Below, in pieces: positions 25,820 to 37,449 of a stretch of DNA of 64,000 nt; position 1 is the stretch's first letter; the number at the start of each line of letters is the position of its first letter. Source of the stretch: Ginglymostoma cirratum (taxonomy: Eukaryota). The notes beneath the pieces are model-generated. The model was not told the DNA's origin and did not search any database. It saw nothing but the letters and a program-made list of their open reading frames with translations. The position numbers were made by a program, and so were the translations under genes. The stretch lies in the NCBI GenBank assembly GCA_024137785.1, contig JAHRHZ010000074.1, positions 3,868,183 to 3,932,182 of the forward strand, read 5' to 3'.

Positions 25820-26025
25820 GGTGTCAGTTAGCTAGACAGCTGGTTAGCAATATAGAGCATTGCTCCCAGTGTGGGTTCAATTCCTGCTCCAATTGAGGTT
25901 ACCCTGATAGGACTTGCCTTCTCAACCTCTCCTTTTACCTGAGGTATGGTGATTCTCAAGTTGAAATCTCTGTGTAAGGAGAGAACAACCCTCTAGTTTG
26001 GCAAGGCTGTGGTGATTTTACATTT
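25820..26025 (+). mobile_element. tRNA-derived SINE, third family
   Basis: B-box-like gggttcaattcc; body ccttctcaacctctcc...cctgaggtatggtga; minus copies at 41945-42080 and 50030-50215. Confidence 0.6.
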
Positions 26026-26444
26026 AGGCGTTGCACTTATTGCTGTGGACTTTATTTGTTGGAGAAGAATCAGTTAGGGATGAGTTTCAGGGCTGACAGG
26101 CTAATGGACGGGTTTTACTGGTATTAATCTTGCAGCACTTAATACTTTTTAGCAGGAGGACTTTCTGAGGGTTTGTGAGATAATGGTTCTTCTACTTCAT
26201 CTCAAGAGCTTTAAGGCCCAGTGGAATTGTTGGTTGTCAATAAGTACTGCAGGTCTCTATTTCTTCCTCATTGTATCTCTTTGGTATGCTATCCTTTTGT
26301 TTCTCTCACTCTCTTTTAATTTTTTTTTCACTTATATCTCCCACTGTTACTTTCCCTCTTTCCCTGTGAATGAAATTGATCTTGCCCAGCACGGCAAAGC
26401 ATGCTTGCAGCAAATCAAAGTCCATGCAGTTGATTGAAAGGGAA

Positions 26445-26800
26445 GTGGGGATGGCCGAGTGGTATTATTGCTGGACTATTAATCCAGAGACCCAGATAAC
26501 TTTCTGGGGACCTGGGTTCGAATCCTGCCACAGCAGATGGTGGAATTTGAATTCAATAAATATCTGGAATTAAGAGTCAAATGATGACCGTGAATCCATT
26601 GTTGATTGTTGGAAAAATCCATCTAGTTCACTAATGTCCTTTAGGGAAGGAAACTTCCATCCTCACCTGGTCTGGCCTACATGTGACTCTAGACCCACAG
26701 CAATGTGATTGCCTCTTAACTGCCCTCTAGGCAATTAAGGATGGGCAATAAATGCTGCCTGGCCAGTGATGCCCCCATCCCGTGAATGAATAAATAAAAA
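26445..26800 (+). mobile_element. tRNA-derived SINE (SacSINE1/DeuSINE-like)
   Basis: A-box tggccgagtggt, B-box gggttcgaatcc, core gtcctttagggaaggaaac, A-rich tail; second copy at 50981-51330. Confidence 0.8.
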
Positions 26801-26850
26801 AGTCGAGCTTGATGAAAAACAGACTGCTAATTTGTTAAATGTTTTATGTT

Positions 26851-27208
26851 TGGGGTGGCATGGTGGTTGATGGTTAGCTCTTCTGCCTCACAGTGCCAGG
26901 AACCCAACTTTGATTCCAGCCTTGGGTGACTGTCTGTGTGGAGTTTGCACATTCTCTCTGTGTATGCCTTCATTTCTTCCGGGTGCTCAGGGTTCCTCCC
27001 ACTATCCAAAGACGTGCAGGTTAGGTGGATTGGCCATTGCCTCATAGACTCCAGGTCATAGACTCCTGCCTCATAGGTAGGCTAGGTGGATTAGCCATGG
27101 GAAATGCAGGGTTACGCGGTTAAGGATGGGGGTTTGGGGCTAGGTGAGATGCTCTTTGGAGGGTGGGCACAGACTCAAATGGCCTCTATCTGCACTCTAG
27201 GGATTCTA
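26851..27208 (+). mobile_element. tRNA-derived V-SINE (HE1-like)
   Basis: Same head and core as 3093-3367; small internal duplication of tcatagactcc. Confidence 0.8.
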
Positions 27209-27232
27209 TGAACTGATAAAGATCAGTTTCAG

Positions 27233-27360
27233 TTTCTGAAGAAGGGTCTCGACCCGAAACGTCAGCTTTCCTGCTCCTCTGATGCTGCTTGGCCTGCTGT
27301 GTTCATCCAGCTCCACACCGTGTTATCTCAGATTCTCCAGCATCAGCAGTTCCTACTATC
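27233..27360 (+). mobile_element. Short Penelope-derived insertion with minimal hammerhead core
   Basis: CTGAAGA-A-GGGTC-TC-GACCC-GAAAC-GTC at 27236-27263; TCAGTTTCAG at 27223-27232 and 27361-27370. Confidence 0.8.
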
Positions 27361-28822
27361 TCAGTTTCAGACTGTCTGTTTTTAGCTCCTTTTGTGTATG
27401 GTCACATTTCCATTAGACTCCATGAGTCTACAGATATGCTTCCTGTACCTTTCATGTCTCTTTTTTGTTTCTTTTCTCTTGTTACTGTCTCAGCTACTCT
27501 GATGCTTACTTCTGGGGTTCTTTATTTGTTACTTTCTTCCTGTGTCTCTAAAGAGTAATCATTTCTCTGGGTGTTTATCCCCCTGTAATTGTCTTCCTCA
27601 TACCTGGTGCTTTCTCTTGTTATTCCAGTGATCTCATTGAAATGTATTCTTTTGCTTTCACTGAGCACAATTGATGCCTTTTCCTCTGATGATCTGTCAC
27701 AGTAGGACCTGGAAGGGTGATCAAGCAAGAGATTGCAGTGCAGCTAGTGTTAGGGTTTTGTGAAGAGCAATGAGAAGGACCATGGAAAGTGTGGGATGTT
27801 GGTGGACAGGAAAGTGGGGAGGTATTATCAAAACCACTTATTGGCCTTTTGTCAGGTTGTACTCCTGTGAAGTACATTGTGATGTTTTCCTAGATTAAAG
27901 TAAGTTGCTGTTGCTACTGCATACATAATTTTCATGTCAGCCAAAGGATGTCAGAAGATGAATTACACAAGTGTAGGTGGATCAATAGCAGTTATTAACT
28001 AGAGCGGATGTATTTTTAATCCATCCAGGTTGTTAATTTTGCTTGGGAAATAGAGGGAGGTACTAGGTAGTGAATTGAATACTTTAGAGGTTAGTTTGCA
28101 GCTTATTTTTTGTCAATTTGTAATGATGTGTTGAAATTTATTTTTACAGGTTTGTAATGGGATGAGTGGGAAACTGAGTCAATGGGTGCAGAGAATTGTT
28201 TTGTTATGGTGCGTTCGGGCAGAATTCCTTTTTAAGAGAAAGTTTTTGTGCAATAGGTTTAGTGAAGCATGAAAGTAAAAAAAAAAATACTTCAGAAAGG
28301 GAAAAACTCAACCATTTGTCCAATGAGGATTAAATAAATTGACAGGCATTCAAAGAATTAAGTTGAATGCTATTCATATGAGGATTATGAACTGGAATTA
28401 TGATATTTACATAACATGACATAAACCATTTTATTTTATGGAGAAAAGACATATTATACAGGTTCTCATAATTTTAAAACAATTATTCAAAGCCTCTAAA
28501 TGTCATCAGATGTATCAAAATAAACAATACTCTGTTTAACAAGTGCAAAAATTGCCTTTGTTAAAGTTTTATACTCTTTTGCTTCTGAATGTGTTGGTAG
28601 TCAGCGCATTGTCTGTTATAGGAACAAATGCATCTTACTCATTGTTTTGGGCTTTGCTTGTTGCTATGTTAAACTTTGAGCAAAACATTCTTGTACCTTT
28701 TTCCTTGTTTTTTGTATGGCGTGTTTGTCTTCATTTCTTCATCCTTGAAAAAATGAAGTATATCTTTTTGCACAAACTGATCTATTCATGAATGCCTGAT
28801 TAATTACTTTATTTAACTCTAG

Positions 28823-29314
28823 GAGGAGGAGTGCCTCATGGTGTGTTTCCTGAACAAAGTGGTAACATTGATGGACTAACAGACAGCAGTGCACGCTGGG
28901 ATGGCAAGCATGAGACATCTCAGCTCGCACGTGACACTTTACTAAGTTGTGATGCTGTGCTTAACAGACACCTGCTACCCACTGGCTATTATAACTTGCC
29001 ACGCATAGTACCAGATACACCAAAGGAGGTAAATGCAGAACGGACAAGCAAGTCTAATCTCAGAAGCCTAAAGGTACAAGATATGTACGAGGAGGGCCCA
29101 AAGAATAAAGATAAGCATGACAAGGGCCTAAAGATGCAAGACATGCATGAAAAGGGCCCAAAAATTCAAGAAAAACATGAGGGTCCAGAGATAGAAGATA
29201 AACATGACAAGGGCCCAAAGATACAAGACATGTACAAGAAGGGTTCTAAGGTAGAAGACAAACATGAGATGGGGCCTAAAATACAAGATACGCACGAGAA
29301 GAAGGAAAAAATAG
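28823..29314 (+). CDS. MYOM1: MYOM1 EH (embryonic heart) alternative exon, 492 nt / 164 codons, with internal tandem repeats
   Basis: tctag|GA GGA GGA GTG...ATA G|gtgaga; phase 1-1, open frame, between My6 and My7. It begins GGGVPHGVFPEQSGNIDGLTDS, resembling the mammalian EH start GGGVSPDVCP...GGLTAS. Confidence 0.85.
29071..29307 (+). repeat. Coding minisatellite: eight units of 30 nt (one 27 nt), consensus K-I-Q/E-D-K/M-H-E/D-K-G-P
   Basis: KVQDMYEEGP, KNKDKHDKGL, KMQDMHEKGP, KIQEKHE-GP, EIEDKHDKGP, KIQDMYKKGS, KVEDKHEMGP, KIQDTHEKKE. Confidence 0.93.
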
Positions 29315-31029
29315 GTGAGAAATCAGGAAAACAATATTGAATTTAAACACAAAGAGGTGGAATCATATTCTGGGAAGAATTGATTTGGTCTCAATGAATG
29401 TGGTTTATATATTTGCTTAATTGTTAGGGAGATTGATGAATGATAACAAGAAGTTTATAACATAACAACTCACACATCAAAGGAAGTCCCTACACATTTT
29501 ACAAACCTGTTGAGTAGGAAGTGGAAGCAGATTGTAGGCATCTATGAAATGTATTTTAAGGAGATGTGGAGACATGTTAGTGAACTGTTTTTAGAGAGCA
29601 TTTCAAGGAGCAAGGGCCTAACAGGAGAGAGATTGTACTGTGACGACCAACTGGAATGTGAATCACAATCTGTTTTCTGACCAGTGGGGACTAAAGGGAA
29701 AGCATACAACTAGAGAAAACTACAAAAATTCTGAAAATAAGATCAGAATTTTGACAGTTGGGACTGGGAGAGGTAAGTGGTAGTTGCAATGAAGCTTGGG
29801 AAGGAAATGAGTGAAATCAGAATTATCCTTATAGCTGTTTTATTCAAAATGACACTGTGTTTATTGCTATGACACTCAGTCTCATAAGTTCGCCATTGAC
29901 CAGATAAGCCAGAAAGACAGTTGGGCAGATTATTCTTTTGCTCAATGCTATGAGGCAATTACTTCTGGGTATTTCCAGTTACAGCAAACTGCAGTTGACA
30001 TCCTCATCAACTAACTTTTTTTTACATGTCATCTCTTTCAGAATTCAGTTAAAAGCAATAAAGAAACATTTAGTATATTATCCTTTGGATAATGGGCAAC
30101 ACTAGCAAAGCAGTATTTATTGTCCATGCTGAATTGCCCTAGGAAAATAAAGTTGGTCTCAAAATGTATGAGGTAACAAATATGTAAACTGTGAGGAGGA
30201 CTGTAGAAGATTTAAGAAAAGTACAAACAGATTGACAGGTTGAATAAACAGGTGTACGTGAACAACTAATTATGAAGTATTACACTGAGATACATAAAAA
30301 GGAATAGGAACATGTACTTTAATGCTAATACACAATCAAATGTGAATGAATAGAACTTCTCACGTATTATTGCAAGTGGATAAAAACATTGGAAAAGGCG
30401 ATTGTATTTGACTTTTAAAGATCGGAGCTTGGCAGACACTAGCAAAACGACATTTGCAAAAATTAAATATTAGCTCATAATCAGAATTAAAGTAGCATGT
30501 CCAATCTTGGGAATCCCATTATAGAACGTGATAATGCATCACACTATTTTTGATTAATAAACAAATTGCTGCTTTCTAATCATTGAAAATAATTGTGCTT
30601 AAAGAGGAAATGCTAATAATTAATTGTACCTCTTTAACCTAATGACATGGATAAGTATGATTCATCTCCAGGTAAAGAGTCTGTGCAATTAGTACAGTTC
30701 AATAAGGAAATTTAAGAATTTTTTTTTTGATTATGCATCTGAATTCTGACCATAGCTGAAATTGCAAAGTGAAAGACTATATATGCTTTGGCCAAATCAG
30801 TTCAGCTGCTCATCTTAGGGACAAATCCAAATTCAGTTTGCATCATCGTCATCATCCAATTCTGGTCTATCAGCACGCCTGTGGTCACTAATAGCTCTGA
30901 ATCTATTTAATATGTTCATCCTTGTTTTCAAACCTCCCATGGCCCTGCCAATTCCTTTTTGTGTAACTTGCTCCAGCTATGTGATCTTCTAAGAACTTTG
31001 TATCCCTCTATTTAATTTTTCTAATCAAC

Positions 31030-31130
31030 CTATTCAGAGATGTTATAACACACCTCTTGAACATATGGGACTTGAACAGGGGGCCTTCCGGTCCAGGGTA
31101 GGGACACTACCACTACACCACAAGACGGCA
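31030..31130 (-). mobile_element. Short SINE-like repeat
   Basis: ttcagagatgttataacacacc...gggacttgaac is shared with 36103-36165. Confidence 0.45.
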
Positions 31131-32846
31131 TCTGAGTAGGGACTTCAATGCATTTAAGGCGTTGATTGTTCCACTACAGATGTCTGTACTCTCAACCATG
31201 CAAGTTCTAAACTCTGGAGTTCTGTCCCTCTACCTTCCACTTCTTCAATTTGCTCTTCTCCTTTTACGGTCTCTCTAAAACTGACTTCACTGAACAAATT
31301 TTTGATCACCTCTCCAAATGACACTATATTTGTCTCAGTAGCAATTTTTCAAAAACCCGATGATGTCTCTGAAAAGTGTTTTTGAATGTTTCACTACAAT
31401 AAAGGAGTTACAAAACAGCATTTGTTTTTAAAAAATTGTTCAAGCATCTGATATCAATTTTATGTGGGGATTTTGGCTGAAAGCAGTTAATTACCTAGCC
31501 AGTTGACGAACTAAATAACAGTGTAGTAGACATACCTTGCAGCTAGGAATAATTCACCATTAGCAGTGCACATAAATTCAATTCCTTCAAATATGTCAGA
31601 TTCAGTAACCTAATACTCCTAGTACTGCCATAAAACTCACAGTTTAAATAGTTTTATTAAACATAATACAAGGAAATAAAAAGATGATAATGTTTTATTT
31701 ATTTTTTATAATTGCTTCAGTTCTGTGAGTGAATGTACATGTTTTATGATGTAGTGTTAATTTCGCTTCAGTAATGTCGTAACTTGCCAATATGTTTCAC
31801 AGTTTAGTACAATTCTCAGTGGAAGATGAGAGGTATTGCGATATCAGTTCTTTCACTTGTGTGAAACACCTTTGTAATTCATAAACACGATATAGATATT
31901 TGGTACAGTGAATGATTCTAACACACGATCACCAGTGTGATAGCCTTGATCAACATGCATGTTTTCAAATCTGTAGATTTTTCTTGAATATACTTGTTTT
32001 CTTCCAACTTGAAACATATCAATTTTTCTTTATATGATATACTTTATACTTTACCACTCCCTAACTTCCCAGGAAAGGTTGTGATACAGTACTTTCCTGG
32101 TGGGAGATGAGAGGAAACAGCCCTAGTTATTTTACAGTTGATATTCTCTTTTGCTCTGTGAGATGACTCTGACACTCTGTGGAGTCTTTGAACTGGAGAA
32201 TTCACAACATTTTGAGTCATAGGTGTGAACTATCATATGGGTATTAACTTGTACTTTCAATGAGTTTGAGTTTGTGTCTTCTTTAAAAGACTGGACAGAA
32301 AAAGGCATTAAAATCTATTAGGTGCTCTGTACATAACATTATTAATTGTCATTTTAAGACTTTGTCATAACTTGTTGCATTTTTAATTTTTTAATAGAAA
32401 ATAAGTGAAGTTAGATTTTGTCAGTGACGTCTTTCTGCGTTTGCAATTATGAGTAAATGTAAGAGAAATGAATGCTCCAACAGGAAGACAGCAAGCAGGG
32501 ACACCAATTGGTTTAACGCCTAAATGAAAACAAAACGCTGTGGTTTCTCTCAAGTTACATAGTTAGTTATCCTACTCATTTAAACAATTTCACTCCCATA
32601 GAATGGTTAATTGGCAGTAACATGGAATCTGAGTTTTTGATTATGGATTCGGATAGAATAAAAGACTATTTCTTGTAGTTAAATTTTTCTTTCATTTTGT
32701 CTTCTGCTCTTTAGAAGTCAATGGTTTCCGCTCAAATTAGGGTTTCACAGGCAATCCCCTCATACTTTGTGTAGCCTTATCCCTTCATGTGTAATTAGAT
32801 ACAGTGAGTGTCAGCAAACTGCTGTGTATTAGGGAATGAAAGCCCA

Positions 32847-32895
32847 TCTCTCTCCTCTCTCTCTCTCACACGCGCGCGCTTTCTCTCTCTCTCTC
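32847..32895. repeat. Compound (CT)n/(CA)/(CG)n microsatellite
   Basis: tctctctcctctctctctctcacacgcgcgcgctttctctctctctctc. Confidence 0.85.
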
Positions 32896-33643
32896 ATAGC
32901 ACATAAACACATGCTATAGACAATGATCAAGATTCTGAACCTGATGTTCTGTGAACTAATTGGGATCACCAAGACCCATTTTAAAGCTTGAAGTGCTGCT
33001 CAAGACTGAAGAATAAACAGGAGGCTTTCTCATCTGCATAGCACAGTTACATGTTTTTAACAAATTAACCATTCCAGGCAGTTTCAGGTGGTATGTTTAA
33101 TTTTTTGGTAAGCTCCACCATAAACCAATAATTGCACCACGTATTTCATAGGTTGTTTTCTATTCCTGTCTCTCAAAATGCTGAGAAATATTTGAGTGTG
33201 CAATCAAATTTTATTCTACTTGTATGGAAATACTACCTGTATTGCCCTTTGCAGGAACTGAATTATAATGGTGTTCTGAAGTTGAAAATTCAAGAAAAAG
33301 CCACAGTCTAGTTGTCATCTCAGTTTCAGTAAAAGTTTCATGCTGAAAACAAACTCAAGGCACTTGTAGACTGAGTCTACTTTTTGCTGGCATTTCATTA
33401 TGATTCCACTATAATGTAAAATTCCATAATAAATGTAATTTAAAGTCATAATCAATACAGTATATGGAAAATGCATACTACTGGTCAAAGCCAAGCTTCC
33501 TTCAATTATTATTGGTAAAACGAACAAAGGATTTCTTTTAAGACAGAGTACAAAAAGTGATTCAGATGGTGAAATTTGAATTGGAAAGGTGAAACTGTCA
33601 AGTGGATTTGAATATTAACCTAATGTACTCTATCTACAAACAG

Positions 33644-33840
33644 CTCCTCCTGCACCACCTTATGCAATTACAGTTCTTGAAAGTGTCCATGACTCTATGG
33701 TGTTGGGATGGAAACAGCCTAAATTCCAAGGTGGTTCTGATATTACTGGCTATTTTGTGGATTATCGTGAAGTTATTGATGGTATTCCTGGAAAATGGAA
33801 AGAAGCCCATATCAAAGCTATAACTGAGCGGGCATATAGA
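33644..33840 (+). CDS. MYOM1: MYOM1 exon: FN3 My7, first half
   Basis: aacag|CT CCT...TAT AGA|gtaagt; APPAPPYAITVLESVHDSMVLGWKQPKFQGGSDITGYFVDYREVIDGIPGKWKEA. Confidence 0.95.
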
Positions 33841-34129
33841 GTAAGTGAAACAAGACCTTTTTCCCTGAACGTGTTTTTAGAAACTGCAAGGGTTCAATAG
33901 TTCAATATCCTCCTCAAGTGTTAATCTAAATATAGGAATAAATATATATGCTATGTTATATACTATGTGCACATTTACACATCACTACTATTAAAATAAG
34001 TTTTATTTTGTTCACCATCATTTCAGGTCTCCTTTCTCTCATTCCATATGCAGCATTACTATAAGGATGTTACCTACATCCTGGGACGACTCATATAAAT
34101 TTCAATAGTAATAGATTGCTATTGGAAAA

Positions 34130-34313
34130 AAACCTGAAAGAAATGTGGATGCTATTAATCAGGAGTAAAAACAGAAATTGCTGAAAAAGCTCAGCAGGTC
34201 TGGCAGCATCTGCAAAGAAAAAATCAGAGTTAAGGTTAATCTTGATTTTTTCTTCACAGATGCTGCCAGACCTGCTGAGCTTTTCCAGCAACTCCTGTTT
34301 TTACTCTAGATTA
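34130..34313. mobile_element. Fold-back (inverted) pair of Penelope-like termini
   Basis: Arms of ~75 bp in inverted orientation around ttaa-gg-ttaa at 34230-34239. Confidence 0.8.
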
Positions 34314-35577
34314 GTAAGTGACACTGACACATAATCAGCAGGCCATACATATCTGAAGAATCAAGTATCATGCTCTCGGAACATATTTGAAATCTGGCTG
34401 CAAAGAATTAAATTGATTAAACTTTACCATAACAAGTTAAGCAATGTGAAATAAAAACTGAAATCCTGGAAATACCCAGCAGGTCAGCATTGGTGGACAA
34501 ACAGAGCTATTGAGTGGACGTTAATAGCCCTGGATCTGGAGGGAGCTGTCCCTTTCCTGGGTCCCTCAGTTAAATAAGGCAGGAAGGGCAGAAATTGGTC
34601 AACTGAGGCCCCTAAGTGAACAATTGAGGGCCTCAATCTGGCACCGGGTGGCAGGAGTTGAGGAGGGTATGGAATGTGGACAGGCCCCCAGGTATACTCT
34701 GACAGGCCTGGTCCGAAGGAGAACCTTGGACATGTTGTGCTTCATGGAGGGATCTGTTGGTAGTAAGTGCCACCTCTGCAATGGAATTTTACCAAGTCCC
34801 CAAAACTGTTCCCTGTCTCACTTCCCATGCCTGCCCAACTGATGCCAACAAGGTCATCCACTTTCCTGTGTTTTGGAACGTGATGACTGCTCCTCTTCCC
34901 AGGAAATGCTGGCAGGACTGGCAGTAGCTACTATTCCAATCCTGCACTGGCACTGAAGAGCTGCCAGGCTCTGATTGAAATGGCATCCGTTGACTCAGCC
35001 TGAAAAGCTGGATGCCAAGCTGACTGGCTTTGAATTATGACGCGGCTCCCAGGAATGGTGGGGTTGCCACTGGCTCTGCAGCGATGGATGAGCTCACTAA
35101 ACCAGCCACGGAATGGAGCTCAATGTTTCAGAATGGTGCCCTTTTGTTTTAACTGAGATTTTGGAACAGGGTCAGTAAAGAGTCAGGGTTGGGAAATAAC
35201 GCAGGGGTCTGTGATGGCATTAAGGCAATGAGTAATTAAATGTCAAAATGGATGCTGGTACAAGACAATAGGTAGTGTCATCGGGACAGGCATTGCAAAA
35301 ACGGATGGGTCCAAAGGACATTGCAGCAGAATAGCAACAACCAGAGATAACATGGAAAATCTGCCAAACAAAGCAGGTTACTATGGCCAACTAGAATTTG
35401 AAACATTAACTCTTTGCTTCTCCACAGAGGTTACCTGACCTGCTAAGTCTATCCACCATTTTCTGTCCTCATTTCTCATTGACTGTAATCTCAGTATTTT
35501 TGTTATTGTTATAACAGTAATCAATATGTCTATACTGTCTTCCTCTAATTCTTAATGTGACTACTCCCTTCCTACAG

Positions 35578-35704
35578 ATCCATGACCTGAAGGAAAATAT
35601 GGTGTATCAGTTCCAAGTCCGTGCAATAAACGTGGCAGGTGTTGGTCTCCCATCTGTGCCGAGTGAGAAATTTAAGTGTGAAGAATGGACTATAGCTGTT
35701 CCAG
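35578..35704 (+). CDS. MYOM1: MYOM1 exon: FN3 My7, second half (GC donor)
   Basis: tacag|ATC...CCA G|gcaagt; IHDLKENMVYQFQVRAINVAGVGLPSVPSEKFKCEEWTIAVP. Confidence 0.92.
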
Positions 35705-36649
35705 GCAAGTCTACTTCCTCTCTGAAACACCAGACATACAATGCACAGTGATGCAAATTACTAAAGCAAGAATAAAATACGCTTATTTCATAGAAAAGGT
35801 TGTGTTTGAGATGAAGGCACCACAAGAAGCAAGAAATAGATCCCCAGATTTCCGTGGGACCCAAAGGAACTGTTTTGATTTTTCTGGCCCAAGAGAATCT
35901 TTTAAAAACCCAGAGACTTAAAACTTTTGGAGAGACCTGCAGTTCAGAAAAATGGAACTGACATGTGCCATACATGGTCTATCCATTTCCGTTCATAATA
36001 ATGGATTTACAACAAGCTTTCGATGTTATTTTCATAACTAAACAGCCTCCATTTTTTTACATCTTAATTTTTATTATTAACCTAATTTTCCTAAATAATC
36101 TGTTCAGAGTTTGTTACTACACACCTGTGGAGCAGGTGGGACTTAAACCTGGGTCTCTTGGTTCAGGGGTTTGAAAGGGGTTTGAAAGGGGTTGAAAGGA
36201 TTTGGTTCACTGTCACTGCCACTGCATCACAGGAGGGCCCCAAGGGTGATGTCTTTATGGGAATTCAAACTGCATTGTTTGCACCTCTGTACGTTACAAA
36301 CCACTCATCCAGCCAATTCAGCTAACCAGCCAGGGCAACAGCCTCCATTTAGAGACCTGCCTAGGAATTATTTCAGGTGTGCACATGGGATCACAAGATC
36401 CTCACCAAATTTTCAACCATCTAGTTGCCCATTTTTCAGCAAGTAGTCAGCAATTGAACATCTCCTTGATCTCGGGTGCACAGTACACACAAAAAAAAAA
36501 CAGCTGTTCAATATACTGCAATATCCTACATCATTTGCACATGCTAGACCTCTTAATTATCAGGACTCCTGCTGAGCAAATGGCAGATGGAGCACACTGC
36601 TAACTAATATACTCTGTCAACAACGCATAAAATAAGATCTCATTATCAC

Positions 36650-36985
36650 TTAACTGAGGCACGTGAGATGCTAAAGGGAATTAATAATGTAGATGTGGAG
36701 AGGATGTTTCCACTTGTGGGGCTATCTAGAATGAGAGGTCATAGTTTCAGGGTAAGACGTTGCAGATTTATACAGCGATGAGGAGAAATTACTTCCCTCA
36801 GAGGGTCGTTTGAATAAATTTAAGGTGGAGATAGACTGATCTTTTTTCGGTAATGGGTTGAAAGGATTTGGGGAGCGGGCAAGAAAGTGATTGACACCCA
36901 GATGAGATCAGCTGTGATCATATCAAATGGTGGAGCAGGCTTGAGGGGCTCAATTGCTGACTCCTGCTCTTAGTTCTTATGCTCT
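36650..36985 (+). mobile_element. CR1 LINE 3' end
   Basis: gtagatgtggagaggatgtttcc...atgaggagaaattacttc...ctcctgctcttagttcttatg. Confidence 0.72.
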
Positions 36986-37264
36986 AAACATTACCAACCT
37001 AGACAAGAGTTCTAGTGGTAACAATCTCTAGAAGGACTTGTTTCCAATTATTTTAGAAATATGGATCAAAAATGTACTACGGATGTTCTTACACTTCAGG
37101 ATTTCTTATTCAGATCAACTACAATTTATTAAAGAACAGGATAATAATATTTGAGGAGGACACCAATCATTAACGCTTAAAACATTGACAATAAGAATGT
37201 AATCATTACCATCATGCCTAGTCTAAATCTTATGCGAACTAATGCATTTTGCAAACTGATACAG

Positions 37265-37449
37265 GACCACCTCATGATGTCATGTACACTGAGGTCAGAA
37301 AGAACTCACTAGTACTGCTCTGGAAAGCTCCAGTCTATATTGGCCGCAGCGAGGTGACTGGGTACTATGCTGACATACGGGAGGCAGATGCAGATGATGA
37401 AAAGTGGAGAAGTGTCAATGAAAAGGAAACATCAAACAGATACATCAAG
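37265..37449 (+). CDS. MYOM1: MYOM1 exon: FN3 My8, first half
   Basis: tacag|GA CCA...ATC AAG|gtaaac; GPPHDVMYTEVRKNSLVLLWKAPVYIGRSEVTGYYAD...RYIK. Confidence 0.94.

Noticed and set aside
26448-26530. tRNA gene (A-box and GGTTCGAATCC B-box)
   Set aside because: It continues into a multi-copy SINE body, so it is a SINE head rather than a tRNA gene.
28820-28831. TAG-GAG-GAG tandem (NAGNAG) acceptors at the EH exon
   Set aside because: GAG acceptors are rarely used, and the first AG reproduces the conserved GGGV start; no evidence without reads.
29071-29307. Regular ~30-nt periodicity resembling a CRISPR array
   Set aside because: The units are contiguous with no unique spacers, lie in frame in a vertebrate exon, and there are no cas genes.
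30656-30671. Possible micro-exon ending CCAG|gtaaag downstream of the EH exon
   Set aside because: The nearest AG gives 16 nt (frameshifting) and there is no adjacent pyrimidine tract.
36165-36198. (GGGGTTTGAAA)x3 as a G-quadruplex or telomere-like seed
   Set aside because: Only three G-tracts; best explained as local slippage within a SINE-like remnant.
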